A DNA stretch of 56,135 nucleotides, from assembly GCA_964476315.1 (NCBI GenBank), contig CAYZAD010000002.1, positions 1 through 56,135 of the forward strand. The letters run 5' to 3'. Below, one piece after another: positions 19,254 to 28,757 of this stretch. A program made the position numbers and the translations under genes. The stretch comes from an uncultured Rhodobacterales bacterium. Its GTDB lineage: Bacteria; Pseudomonadota; Alphaproteobacteria; Rhodobacterales; Rhodobacteraceae. Each line of letters opens with the position of its first letter. The first letter of the stretch is position 1. The notes under the pieces were generated by a model. The model saw nothing but the letters and a program-made list of their open reading frames with translations, was not told where the DNA came from and did no database searches.

Positions 19254-19544
19254 ATGAAACGTAAGGTTGGAGTGATCTCGGCTCTTGCGATTGTGGCCAG
19301 CAGTGCTGGCATTACAACGCCGGTGCTGAGCCAAGAATCTGAATCGCTCGTTTCGCAATGCGAAAGATATTGGAGCATCGATGATCGTGAGGTGCTGCAA
19401 CAGGAACTTTCCGAGTTGCTGCTGAACGATCCGTCGAATGTGTGTATTGACCAGATTGTGAGTAAACTTGGCGGGTCACCGATTGCTCAGGTGCAACAGG
19501 TGGCGTCGGCGACGGACGTTGTTCTGCAATCGATTGTGTACTGA
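19254..19544 (+). CDS. Small secreted hypothetical protein (2 Cys)
   Basis: Signal-peptide-like N-terminus MKRKVGVISALAIVASSAG; followed by a terminator. Confidence 0.6.
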   Translation: MKRKVGVISALAIVASSAGITTPVLSQESESLVSQCERYWSIDDREVLQQELSELLLNDPSNVCIDQIVSKLGGSPIAQVQQVASATDVVLQSIVY

Positions 19545-19673
19545 CTAAGCAAGCGCTTTCAGCAGGTTACTCTGACATGCTCATGTGTTGAGCTAACAAG
19601 TTTAGCGGTTCGACAGAAGCACTACAGAATAACTGAACAAGCCTTTGCAGCGTCAAATGCGAAACAAGAATTG

Positions 19674-19709
19674 AACCAAAGCGGGCGTGATGCCCGCTTT
19701 GGTTTTTTT
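19674..19709 (+). terminator. Rho-independent terminator between convergent genes
   Basis: AACCAAAGCGGGC-GTGAT-GCCCGCTTTGGTT 13-bp stem running into a T-tract. Confidence 0.85.
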
Positions 19710-19789
19710 GTCTGATCCGTGTTGTTCTGTCAGGACGGTCATTCACAAACACACCCGCAATTTGAGAAATCCCGACAGGGGAGATCTCG

Positions 19790-21910
19790 TCAGATCATGA
19801 ATGCGAAATAATCCGCTGTAACAGTGTCCGCTTCGAGCGATATGACATGAGTGCCGTCGGCGGCACCATATTGTGACGACAAATCGATTTCCACATTGTT
19901 TCCGGATTTGGAGATAAAGTCATCCAAACCGGTCAATTGTCCATCGTTATTGGTGTCCAAATCGCCAAACGATTGTATGGCTGAAAAACCAAGCAGTACG
20001 AGGACGTCGTCTGCCGGATCGAAATCCTTGATAAAGTCAGTTCCAAACGCAACGTCCGCGCGGAAAACAAAGGTATCGTTGTGGTCGCCACCTTCCAGCG
20101 TGTCATTGCCGAAACCACCTTCCAGCGTATCGTTACCTTTGCCGCCGCGCAGATCGTCATTTCCTGCCCCGCCTTCAAGAACGTCGTCGTCCTCGCCGCT
20201 TTCAAGGCGGTCGTCACCGGAGCCGCCGTCTAGCGTGTCGTTGCCCTTGCCGCCTTTCAGTTCGTCGTCTCCCAGCATGCCGAACAACATGTCGTCGCCT
20301 TCATCGCCTTCGAGCCGGTCTCTGCCGTCATCACCGAACAGGACATCCATGTCCTTGCCGCCGCGTATCTCATCGTCGCCATCGCCTCCTTTCAGGAGGT
20401 CATTGCCGTCACCCCCCTCGAGGCGATCGTCCTGCAGCCCACCGTCGAGTGTGTCGTCGCCATCGTCACCTCGAAGAAGGTCTTCCCCCTCCATCCCTGA
20501 AAGGAAATCTGCTCCGGCTTCGCCGCGAAGTTCATCGTCGCCCGCGCCTCCGAACAATCCGTCATCGCCCTGGCCTCCGAGAAGCTTGTCGCGACCGTCG
20601 CCCCCTTCGAGCAAGTCGTTGCCGCCACGGCCGTCCAATTCGTCATCGCCCGCAAAGCCATACATGGCGTCGTCGGCCGAAGAGCCATCAAGCCGGTCGT
20701 CTTGGTTGGTGCCGTCCGTAACCTCGTATCCCACCGGGTCGACTTCGGGTGGTGTGTCGTCCACGGGGTCTGCATCGGGTGTCGAACCCGTGTCGTCCTG
20801 GGGAGGCGATACGGGGTCTTCCTCGGGGGCATCGGGCGGTGGTGCGAGTGGCTCCTCAGGTGCCGGATCGGGTACCGGCTCCGACACCGGCTCTTCCGTG
20901 TCCGAAGGATTCCAGACATCCGGCCACCATTGGAACAGTTGCAGGGCATCCTCACCAAACGTGATATCGGCCCGGTCACCGCGATCTTCCAGCCAATGCT
21001 CGGTTTCGAAACTGTTGTCAAAAAAGCCAAGATCGTCCGCATACCATGGCTCGTGATACTTGTCTGAATCGTTGATACGGACCTGTTTGCTGGATCCTTC
21101 GAACGTATTCCCGGACACGGTCACGGACTGCGCGCCAATCAGTCTCAGCGCCCACTCGTCGGTTCCGCTGATGACATTGCCCTCCACCAGAACATTGAAC
21201 GCCTCGAATGCATAACCCGCGTCGAGAAACCCAGGTGGATAGGCGCCGAGATTGGAATATCCGCCGACCTCAATCGCATTCTTTCCGGCGTTTGTGATTG
21301 TGTTGTTCAAGACGGCGATATCCCGCGATCCGCCTTTGATCATGAAGCCGATATGGCCCAGATCAGACAGGGTATTGCCGTCCAGAATGATGCGCGCACC
21401 ACCGACAATATCAATCCCGGATTCCTTGTCGCCACCGCCAATGACCGTGTTGTTTGAAATCAGGATGTCTGATGACTTGCTGATCTTGATACCGTCGCCT
21501 TCGCCGCGATAGATCGTGTTGTTGGATATTTCGATGTGGGTTGCGCCATTGGTATTGTCTTGCACCGCATGGATATGAATGACCTGCCGACTGTCATCGG
21601 CGCTTCCGTGCAATTCAAATCCGGTGATCGTGATGTAGTCATGCCCATCGATCTGGATCGTATCGTCGCCTGCTTGCTTTGGTCGAATGACGGCTGCGTT
21701 GGGTCCGTCGATTGACACCAGCGTTATCGGGGCACCCGGTGCGCCGCCAGCAGAAAAATCAAGGTTTTCAATGTATTCACCAGCCTTCACATGGATCGTG
21801 GTCCCCGGCTGTGCGGCATCGATCGCCGACTGAATGTCCTTGAACGGTTGGTCAATGGACCCGTTTCCGTTGCTTGGTGCGTCCTGAGAAACCCAGAGTA
21901 CGTCTGTCAT
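19790..21910 (-). CDS. RTX Ca2+-binding secreted protein with N-terminal right-handed beta-helix (pectin-lyase-like) domain
   Basis: N-terminal VLWVS..GNGSIDQPFKDIQSAIDAAQPGTTIHVKAGEY, parallel beta-helix repeats (ISNNTI), Pro/Asp-rich linker, 24 GGxGxDxL repeats, FGTDFIKDF C-terminus; ATG 21910 preferred over 22045. Confidence 0.88.
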   Translation of the reverse strand: MTDVLWVSQDAPSNGNGSIDQPFKDIQSAIDAAQPGTTIHVKAGEYIENLDFSAGGAPGAPITLVSIDGPNAAVIRPKQAGDDTIQIDGHDYITITGFELHGSADDSRQVIHIHAVQDNTNGATHIEISNNTIYRGEGDGIKISKSSDILISNNTVIGGGDKESGIDIVGGARIILDGNTLSDLGHIGFMIKGGSRDIAVLNNTITNAGKNAIEVGGYSNLGAYPPGFLDAGYAFEAFNVLVEGNVISGTDEWALRLIGAQSVTVSGNTFEGSSKQVRINDSDKYHEPWYADDLGFFDNSFETEHWLEDRGDRADITFGEDALQLFQWWPDVWNPSDTEEPVSEPVPDPAPEEPLAPPPDAPEEDPVSPPQDDTGSTPDADPVDDTPPEVDPVGYEVTDGTNQDDRLDGSSADDAMYGFAGDDELDGRGGNDLLEGGDGRDKLLGGQGDDGLFGGAGDDELRGEAGADFLSGMEGEDLLRGDDGDDTLDGGLQDDRLEGGDGNDLLKGGDGDDEIRGGKDMDVLFGDDGRDRLEGDEGDDMLFGMLGDDELKGGKGNDTLDGGSGDDRLESGEDDDVLEGGAGNDDLRGGKGNDTLEGGFGNDTLEGGDHNDTFVFRADVAFGTDFIKDFDPADDVLVLLGFSAIQSFGDLDTNNDGQLTGLDDFISKSGNNVEIDLSSQYGAADGTHVISLEADTVTADYFAFMI
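20069..20716 (-). repeat. 24 contiguous RTX nonapeptide (27-bp) repeats
   Basis: DGTNQDDRL ... EGGDHNDTF; 24 x 9 aa counted in the translation. Confidence 0.9.
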
Positions 21911-22588
21911 GGAAACTTCCCTGTTTGTGCTTTTGGCAGGCTGGTGCGCGGCATGGGGCGGAACTTGCATTGCCGCCAAATACGGCGTCAAGGCATCGCT
22001 CCGGAAATCACGGTTCTCCGTCGTTCGGTGGATGGATATGCTCATTTTATGGCGGATTTATGCCTGCTCTGTGGCGGTTTGTTGCCAGAGAGGCATTTAG
22101 AATTTTCGGAATTTTCCGATTGTTGGTGCCAGTGCGGCGTCGGCACTCCGATTGGGATCGTATGAAAGACGATTGGCATCTTCACGCGACACGATCGGAT
22201 TGTTCGACAGATCGGGCATGTGTGGGACGTCGCGCGCACTTGGTTGGCGACCGACCCGTGCGTTTTGTTCGTGGACGCTGCCGTTGGTTCGGCAATGACC
22301 TCTGGTCAAACCAGACGGGTCGCCTTTCGCGTCTCACTCACGTCCTGAGTGCAGCCGCACCAAGTGGCGATGCCCTGCATACGCAGCGCGACATGGTCCG
22401 CCCGCGCATTCCACGCGCGTCAAGGAATTCCACAACTGCAGTGAACAGACGGTAATCCATGCCATTTGGAACCAGTGCCTCGGCCTGTTGTGGCGCGGTT
22501 GGCGGCCTTGGGCGTCAGGTGCATATGCACCTGCATCCTTGATCCTTTTGTTGGGCCAGTGCCCAAAGACAAGACCACGGGCACGCTA

Positions 22589-23452
22589 TCAAAGCTGATT
22601 GATCGGGATTTTGAGATATGACACGCCATTGGCTTCGGCTGGTGGCATGTGACCTGCACGGATGTTCACCTGAACAGAGGGCAGGATCAGCGTGGGCATC
22701 TCAAGCGTGGCGTCGCGCGCTTCGCGCAAGGCGACAAATTCGTCTTCGCTTTTGCCAGCACCGACATGCACATTGTGGGCTTTTTCTTCCGCGACCGTTG
22801 TTTCCCATTTGAATTCGTCGCGGCCGGGCGCCTTGTAATCGTGACACATGTAGAGTGTCGTTTCGTCCGGAAGCGCCAGGATTTTCTGGATCGAGCGATA
22901 CATCACGCGGGCGTCGCCGCCGGGGAAGTCTGCCCGTGCTGTGCCGAAATCGGGCATGAACAGCGTGTCACCGACAAAAGCAGCGCCATCGGTTACGTAG
23001 GTCATGCAGGCAGGGGTATGGCCCGGTGTGTGCATGGCGCGCAGTTTCAGAGTGCCGATGGTGAATTCTTCGCCGTCCTCGAACAGGTGCTCGAACTGCC
23101 GCCCATCCGTCTGAAAGCCTTTTTCGACGTTGAAGAGCTTGGCAAAGACATCCTGCACTTCGGTGATGTGAGATCCGATGGCCGTCGTGCCGCCAAGCTG
23201 TTTCTGGATATAGGGTGCAGCGCTTAGATGGTCGGCATGCGCATGTGTTTCCAGCAACCAGTCAACCTCTAACCCGTTTTCCCTGACATGGGCGATCACC
23301 TGATCGGCAGAGCGTGTGTCGGTGCGCCCGGACTTCGGATCATAATCCAGAACCGAGTCGATGATCGCACAGCTTGAGCTTTGGGGGTCTTTGACAACAT
23401 AGGACACGGTAAACGTTGCTTCATCGAAGAAGGCTGTGACGACGGGTTTCAT
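22589..23452 (-). CDS. MBL-fold hydrolase, persulfide (sulfur) dioxygenase Blh/Sdo type
   Basis: ETHAHADHLS, HTPGHTPAC, GDTLFMPDFGTARADFPGG, MCHDY, LPSVQVNIRAG; ATG 23452 with AAGGAG RBS. Confidence 0.92.
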   Translation of the reverse strand: MKPVVTAFFDEATFTVSYVVKDPQSSSCAIIDSVLDYDPKSGRTDTRSADQVIAHVRENGLEVDWLLETHAHADHLSAAPYIQKQLGGTTAIGSHITEVQDVFAKLFNVEKGFQTDGRQFEHLFEDGEEFTIGTLKLRAMHTPGHTPACMTYVTDGAAFVGDTLFMPDFGTARADFPGGDARVMYRSIQKILALPDETTLYMCHDYKAPGRDEFKWETTVAEEKAHNVHVGAGKSEDEFVALREARDATLEMPTLILPSVQVNIRAGHMPPAEANGVSYLKIPINQL

Positions 23453-23507
23453 GCGGCAAACTCCTTTGCTGGTTGCACGTGCTTTAGTGGCTGAAGACGT
23501 CCTCCGA

Positions 23508-23521
23508 TTGATCCCGCTCAA
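23508..23521. promoter_or_regulatory. FNR/FixK-type box upstream of the MBL dioxygenase
   Basis: TTGAT-CCCG-CTCAA. Confidence 0.6.
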
Positions 23522-23593
23522 TCAAAAGCGCCGGTTCGTCTCTGACGCTTGGAAATCCTTGAGCCTGCCATTGACGATATGATGGACATTCTT

Positions 23594-23613
23594 ACATTCG
23601 CAAGTATGAATGT
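23594..23613. promoter_or_regulatory. SqrR/BigR-type (ArsR family) operator
   Basis: ACATTC-GCAAGTAT-GAATGT = ATTC-N8-GAAT palindrome overlapping a candidate -10 (TTGACG at 23571, 16 nt, TACATT) for the rhodanese operon. Confidence 0.75.
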
Positions 23614-23663
23614 GTATGGGCTCATGCCCCCGTGGATAAAGCCAACATCAGGAGAGCCAAAAA

Positions 23664-24221
23664 ATGACGCTGGAAACTGTCGACGCGAAAACCACGCACG
23701 AGTGGATGAAATCAGGCAAAGCCGTCCTGATCGACGTGCGCGAACCCGATGAATGGATCAAGGAACATGTGCCCGAGGCGCATCTTGTTCCGTTGTCTGG
23801 TTTCAACGCGGACGATTTTCCGCAAGATCATGACAAGGTCGCGATCTTTCATTGTCGAAGCGGCGGACGCACCGAAGCTGCGGCACCGGAGATCCTCAAG
23901 ACCGGGTTCCGCAAAGTCTACCAGCTTCAGGGGGGAATCCAAAGCTGGCGCGAAGCCGGACTCCCGGTGAATGAAAACGCCAAGGCGCCGATCAGCATCA
24001 TGCGGCAGGTGCAAATCGCTGCCGGCAGCCTCGTCGTGCTTGGCGTGGTGCTGGCGGTTCTCGTCAATCCCTGGTTCGCCGCGATCAGCGCAGGTGTTGG
24101 TGCCGGTCTTGCCCAGTCGGGTATCACGGGAACCTGCGCGATGGCCGCCATTCTGAAACACATGCCTTGGAACAGGGTGATCTCTGGCCAGCAGGCAATT
24201 GCCGATCCTGGATTGATCTGA
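23664..24221 (+). CDS. ygaP: Rhodanese + DUF2892 membrane sulfurtransferase (YgaP-like)
   Basis: LIDVREPDEW..EH, FHCRSGGRT active-site loop, LQGGIQSW, IMRQVQIAAG, GTCAMA..L..MPWN. Confidence 0.88.
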   Translation: MTLETVDAKTTHEWMKSGKAVLIDVREPDEWIKEHVPEAHLVPLSGFNADDFPQDHDKVAIFHCRSGGRTEAAAPEILKTGFRKVYQLQGGIQSWREAGLPVNENAKAPISIMRQVQIAAGSLVVLGVVLAVLVNPWFAAISAGVGAGLAQSGITGTCAMAAILKHMPWNRVISGQQAIADPGLI

Positions 24222-25987
24222 TGAAACGTGCACCCGTGACGCGTCGGCGGCCATACCTGGAAAGGCACCTGCCGATTTTCTCCTGGCTGTCGGGCTATGG
24301 CAGAGAAGAATTGGCCAGCGATGGCATGGCGGGGCTGATCGTCGCGATCATGCTCGTCCCGCAGGGCATGGCCTATGCGCTGTTGGCGGGCTTGCCGCCA
24401 GAAGTGGGGCTTTATGCATCCATCGTGCCCCTGATCTTTTACGGCCTCTTGGGCTCAAGCCGCGCATTGGCTGTCGGGCCGGTGGCCATCGTGTCGCTGA
24501 TGGTGGCATCGACTTTGGGCGAATTCAACGCGGCGGGCAGTGCCGGCTATCTTGCGGCTGCGGTTCTGCTGGCGTTCCTGAGTGGCGCAATCCTGCTGGC
24601 CATGGGGCTGGCGCGGCTGGGGTTCCTCGTGAATTTCCTGAGCCATCCTGTGATTTCAGGGTTTTCCAGCGCAGCGGCCGTGGTGATCGGTTTTTCGCAG
24701 CTCAAGCATCTCTTGGGTTTTGACATCCCCCGGAGCCACTTGATTACAGAGATCATCGCGCATGCAACGACCCATATCAGTCAAACCAATCTTGCCACGT
24801 TTGCACTTGCGGTCGTGTCGCTGGCCATCCTGTTGGTGTTCAAATCCAGGGTTGCTTCGTTTTTGAAGGGGTTGGGTGTGCCCAATGCTGTGGCGCAGGC
24901 AAGCGCCAAGGCCGGCCCGCTTGTCGCCGTGCTGGTATCCACCGTGGCAGTTTGGGCCCTGCGGCTGGACGAGGGTGCGGGCGTCAAGATCGTCGCAGAG
25001 ATCCCTGCAGGGTTGCCGCCGCTGACATTGCCCAGTTTTGATCCGGCACTGATCGAACAGCTTTTGGCTCCGGCGGCGCTTATTGCGTTCGTGGGATTTC
25101 TGGAAAGCGTGTCCGTTGCCAAATCGCTGGCCAGCAAACGCCGCCAGAAAATCGATGCGAACCAGGAATTGATTGCTCTTGGGGCTGCCAACATCGGGGC
25201 CTCGTTGACCGGTGGCTATCCGGTTATGGGCGGGTTCGCCCGATCGCTCGTCAACTTCACCGCTGGTGCCGTGACGCCAATGGCATCAATCATCACCGCT
25301 GGTCTGATCGCCCTGACAGTGCTTTTGTTCACGCCGCTTCTGTATTTTCTTCCACAGGTGACGCTGGCGACAATCATCGTGGTGGCAGTTGTCAATCTGA
25401 TTGATCTCGACACGCTGCGCGAGGCATGGGTCTACAACAAGGCGGATGCCGCATCGCTTATCGCCACGTTTGCCGCTGTTCTCACACTTGGCGTGGAGCT
25501 TGGCATTGTGTTCGGAGCGGGGCTGTCGATCGTACTTTACCTGTGGCGCACAAGCCGTCCGCACATGGCCGAAGTCGGGCGCGTGGGCGAGACCGAACAT
25601 TTCCGCAATGTCTTGCGACACAACGTGAAGACCGACCCCAAGACGCTTATGGTTCGGGTGGATGAAAGTCTCTATTTTGCCAACACCGCGTATCTGGAGG
25701 ATGCGCTTCTGGCGCGGGTGGCGGACCGTCCCGATATCGAAAACCTTGTCCTGATCATGAGTGCCGTGAATTTCATCGACACCAGTGCCCTCGAAACCCT
25801 GGAGACGCTGACCGAGCGGTTGCGTGATGCCGGCGTTACGCTGCACCTGGCCGAGGTAAAAGGCCCGGTGATGGACCGGCTGGAGCGTGTTGGTTTTACC
25901 GAAGGCCTGGGCGCGGGTCGGGTCTTTCTGAGCGTCCATGCTGCCAGCAAAGAGTTGTCCGGCTCTTCGGCAATCAAGGCAGCATGA
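24221..25987 (+). CDS. sulP: SulP/SLC26 anion permease with STAS domain
   Basis: PQGMAYALLAGLPPEVGLY, DANQELIALGAAN, STAS RVDESLYFAN..VNFID; TGATG coupling to the upstream gene. Confidence 0.93.
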   Translation: MKRAPVTRRRPYLERHLPIFSWLSGYGREELASDGMAGLIVAIMLVPQGMAYALLAGLPPEVGLYASIVPLIFYGLLGSSRALAVGPVAIVSLMVASTLGEFNAAGSAGYLAAAVLLAFLSGAILLAMGLARLGFLVNFLSHPVISGFSSAAAVVIGFSQLKHLLGFDIPRSHLITEIIAHATTHISQTNLATFALAVVSLAILLVFKSRVASFLKGLGVPNAVAQASAKAGPLVAVLVSTVAVWALRLDEGAGVKIVAEIPAGLPPLTLPSFDPALIEQLLAPAALIAFVGFLESVSVAKSLASKRRQKIDANQELIALGAANIGASLTGGYPVMGGFARSLVNFTAGAVTPMASIITAGLIALTVLLFTPLLYFLPQVTLATIIVVAVVNLIDLDTLREAWVYNKADAASLIATFAAVLTLGVELGIVFGAGLSIVLYLWRTSRPHMAEVGRVGETEHFRNVLRHNVKTDPKTLMVRVDESLYFANTAYLEDALLARVADRPDIENLVLIMSAVNFIDTSALETLETLTERLRDAGVTLHLAEVKGPVMDRLERVGFTEGLGAGRVFLSVHAASKELSGSSAIKAA

Positions 25988-26006
25988 ACGGAAACATAAG
26001 GTGGCG

Positions 26007-26855
26007 TCAGTGCGCGATGAAGATCGGCAGGTCCGTGTCTTCCAGCATGGAGCGCGTGACGCCACCAAAGACCAGCTCTCGCATGCGCGTATGTCCATAA
26101 GCGCCCATCACGATCAGGTCTGCACCGATTTCCTGCGCCCGACGGCGCAACACCTCTGATATGTCAGCCCCACCGCTTGGATACTGGTTTACGGTCACCT
26201 TCGCCCCATGATGGCTTAACCATTTTGCAATCTGCGTTCCGGGGTCTTCGCCATCATCCAGTTCAGCGGCATGGTGATCCACGCATCCAATCGTGACCTC
26301 GCGCGCCGCTTTCAGAAGCGGCAGGGCAGCATGCGCCGCCCGTGACGCTGGCAGCTTTGTGTTCCAGGCCACAAAGACATGGCCGGGGTTTGCAAGCGGT
26401 GAGGTGTTCAAGAACAGCCCGATCGGGGACTCGAACAGTATGCCATGCGCAGCTTGATGGAAAAGCTCGGGATCGGTCTCTCGGACGCTTTCGGCAATGG
26501 TCGCAAGGTCGCAAACCATGGCGCGTTGGGCGACGATTTCGCGGATATCGAAGCGGGCGCATTGCACGGGATGAACCTCACCAGGGACCTCTGCCGCCTG
26601 CAAGAGCTTTTCGCATGCTTCGCCCCGATCGTGCAGACGCGCCTTGCTGGTTTGCAGGTCTTCCAGCCATTCCGCTGGGATCTCGACGGCGCCATAGGGC
26701 ATGTGTCCTGCGGCATAGGCCGGATAGGCGGGGCCCTCGGAGAGGATCAACAACAGAACCCGGGTGTTGTTTGATCGCGCTTCTTCCAAAAAAGCCGCGA
26801 CCTCGCTGTCGGGCGTCTGGGTGGTCAATACGACGAGCATGGTCTGGTTTTTCAT
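26007..26855 (-). CDS. Universal stress protein (tandem USP)
   Basis: VAWN..ASRAAHAALPLL, GADLIVMGAYGHTRMRELVFGGVTRSML; GGAGG RBS. Confidence 0.92.
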   Translation of the reverse strand: MKNQTMLVVLTTQTPDSEVAAFLEEARSNNTRVLLLILSEGPAYPAYAAGHMPYGAVEIPAEWLEDLQTSKARLHDRGEACEKLLQAAEVPGEVHPVQCARFDIREIVAQRAMVCDLATIAESVRETDPELFHQAAHGILFESPIGLFLNTSPLANPGHVFVAWNTKLPASRAAHAALPLLKAAREVTIGCVDHHAAELDDGEDPGTQIAKWLSHHGAKVTVNQYPSGGADISEVLRRRAQEIGADLIVMGAYGHTRMRELVFGGVTRSMLEDTDLPIFIAH

Positions 26856-26916
26856 TTCACACCTCCTTGGGGCGATATCAACACAAACACTGTTACCAGT
26901 CACGGCTGTTGCGCAA

Positions 26917-26930
26917 TTGACCACGGTCAA
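26917..26930. promoter_or_regulatory. FNR/FixK-type box upstream of the USP gene
   Basis: TTGAC-CACG-GTCAA with perfect arms. Confidence 0.8.
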
Positions 26931-27052
26931 GCGGTCGGGGGACCGCCATATCGCTGTTGTGTTTGTACGGCCGGTTTACCTTGCAAAGACCGGCGCAGCG
27001 CCCTGATTGCTGGCGCTGGAAACGGCACATCGGGTCCGGCGTTGTGCGCCGA

Positions 27053-27066
27053 TTGACGGCCATCAA
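27053..27066. promoter_or_regulatory. FNR/FixK-type box
   Basis: TTGAC-GGCC-ATCAA, flanked GA...TC. Confidence 0.75.
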
Positions 27067-27264
27067 TCTACCGATCCGCCACTGGTCTACACTCCTCGTC
27101 AACGGCTCTGCGCAGGGTGTCGCCACATCACGTTCAGACCGGGCATTCACAAGGACAAGAACGATGCCAAACAGACATGTCGGAAACTGCAATCGGAGCG
27201 ATGCCTCTGGTCAGAAGACCGACGTCTGCACGTGGGATCGATTTGCAACAAAGGAACCGGAGCA

Positions 27265-27636
27265 ATGAAGGACCAAGAACTTCAGATTTTGATCAATGAC
27301 CTGGAAACACGAAACGACCTCAGCCCCGCCGAATTCGACGGGGTGGCGCATGCATTGGCTTATGTGCTGCCAAACGTGGCAGCCGAATCGAAAAGGCTTG
27401 GCGAAACCGTCGGCCACACGGACGGGGCCATCCTGATCGTGGACCAGGCCTATCCGAATTGGAGCATCCACATTCGCGGCCGTGCAAATGACAAGGATGG
27501 TCATTGGCGGTGCACCCTGCGCGAAGGCGACACACGCGACAACGATGCCGTTCTCGGGGCGGGGCGGTCCCCCGTTCTGGCGCAGGCCATACTGGCCGCC
27601 GTGCTGCGACTGACGGCAAATCTGAAACGGCTGTGA
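27265..27636 (+). CDS. Hypothetical protein (123 aa)
   Basis: GGAG RBS and ATG at 27265; coding-like composition (PNWSIHIRG..GHWRCTLRE..G.G.SP.LA.AILAA). Confidence 0.75.
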   Translation: MKDQELQILINDLETRNDLSPAEFDGVAHALAYVLPNVAAESKRLGETVGHTDGAILIVDQAYPNWSIHIRGRANDKDGHWRCTLREGDTRDNDAVLGAGRSPVLAQAILAAVLRLTANLKRL

Positions 27637-27650
27637 ACGCCCGTCTCCGA

Positions 27651-27664
27651 TTGACCAATCTCAA
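27651..27664. promoter_or_regulatory. FNR/FixK-type box upstream of the BMP ABC operon
   Basis: TTGAC-CAAT-CTCAA, about 60 bp before the ATG. Confidence 0.6.
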
Positions 27665-27724
27665 TTCAGGGCGTGCGGCGCTGGATAGAACAGAAAACAG
27701 GGCATCTCGAAGGAGGAGCGAGAC

Positions 27725-28750
27725 ATGCACATCAAGCACACGTTTTCGATGGCCGCTGCCGTGCTGTGCACGGCATTGGCATCAGCCACCGCAGCGTCGG
27801 CGTTCACGGCGTGCCAGGTCACCGACACTGGCGGTATTGACGACAACAGTTTCAACCAGACCGCATGGAAAGGCGTCGAGGACGCGAAAGCCGACTTCGG
27901 TATCGAAGGACGTTTCCTCGAATCCCAAGCCGAGACGGATTACGAGGCCAATATCAACGCCTTGATCGCAGGGGATTGCGACGTGATTGTCACCGTCGGG
28001 TTCCTGTTGGGCGACGCAACCGAAAAAGCCGCACGCGCCAACCCCGAGCAACGGTTTTCCATTGTCGACTTCGCGTATGATCCGCCCATTCCGAACGTGC
28101 TGGGTCAGGTCTACGCAACCGACGAAGCGGCCTTTCTTGCCGGATATCTTGCTGCTGGGATGACCAGCACGAAAATTCTGGGCACGTTCGGAGGGATCAA
28201 CATTCCGCCGGTCACGATCTTCATGGACGGTTTTGTCCGGGGGGCAAATCACTGGAATGACGTCAAGGGTGACAGCGTCATGGTGCTGGGTTGGGATCTC
28301 GAGACCCGGGAAGGATTGTTTACCAACAATTTCGACAATCTTGATGACGGCCGCGCCTTTGCACAGAACCTCTATGACGAAGGGGCGGATATCGTGCTGC
28401 CCGTCGCCGGACCGGTCGGGTTGGGGTCTGCCACGCTGGCGAACGAGTTGGGTATCGACAGGTTAAAGATCATCGGTGTGGATGCCGATTTGTATTTTAC
28501 CGACAGCGAGCGCCAGCATGTGTATCTGACCTCCATCACCAAGCGGATGGACTCCACCGTCAAGTTGGTGATCGAACAAGCCATAAACGACCAATTCGAA
28601 GGTGGCCTTCTGGTCGGTACGCTTGAAAACGGCGGCGTCGGCCTTGCGCCTTACCATGATATGGAGCCGCTGGTTCCCGACGCCCTGAAAGCCGAGGTCG
28701 CGCAATTGCGGCAAGATATTATCGACGGCACGCTTTCGGTTTCTGACTGA
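27725..28750 (+). CDS. BMP/PnrA-family ABC substrate-binding protein (nucleoside/purine-like)
   Basis: VTDTGGIDDNSFNQTAWKG, AFLAGYLAA, GADIVLPVAG, IIGVDAD, LTSITKRMD; AGGAGG RBS. Confidence 0.9.
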   Translation: MHIKHTFSMAAAVLCTALASATAASAFTACQVTDTGGIDDNSFNQTAWKGVEDAKADFGIEGRFLESQAETDYEANINALIAGDCDVIVTVGFLLGDATEKAARANPEQRFSIVDFAYDPPIPNVLGQVYATDEAAFLAGYLAAGMTSTKILGTFGGINIPPVTIFMDGFVRGANHWNDVKGDSVMVLGWDLETREGLFTNNFDNLDDGRAFAQNLYDEGADIVLPVAGPVGLGSATLANELGIDRLKIIGVDADLYFTDSERQHVYLTSITKRMDSTVKLVIEQAINDQFEGGLLVGTLENGGVGLAPYHDMEPLVPDALKAEVAQLRQDIIDGTLSVSD

Positions 28751-28757
28751 GTGCGCC

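Noticed and set aside
19851-21056. 401-aa Ser/Pro-rich ORF on the + strand
   Set aside because: Antisense shadow of the Gly/Asp RTX repeats (GAC/GGC codons read backwards give Ser/Pro); no independent coding signal
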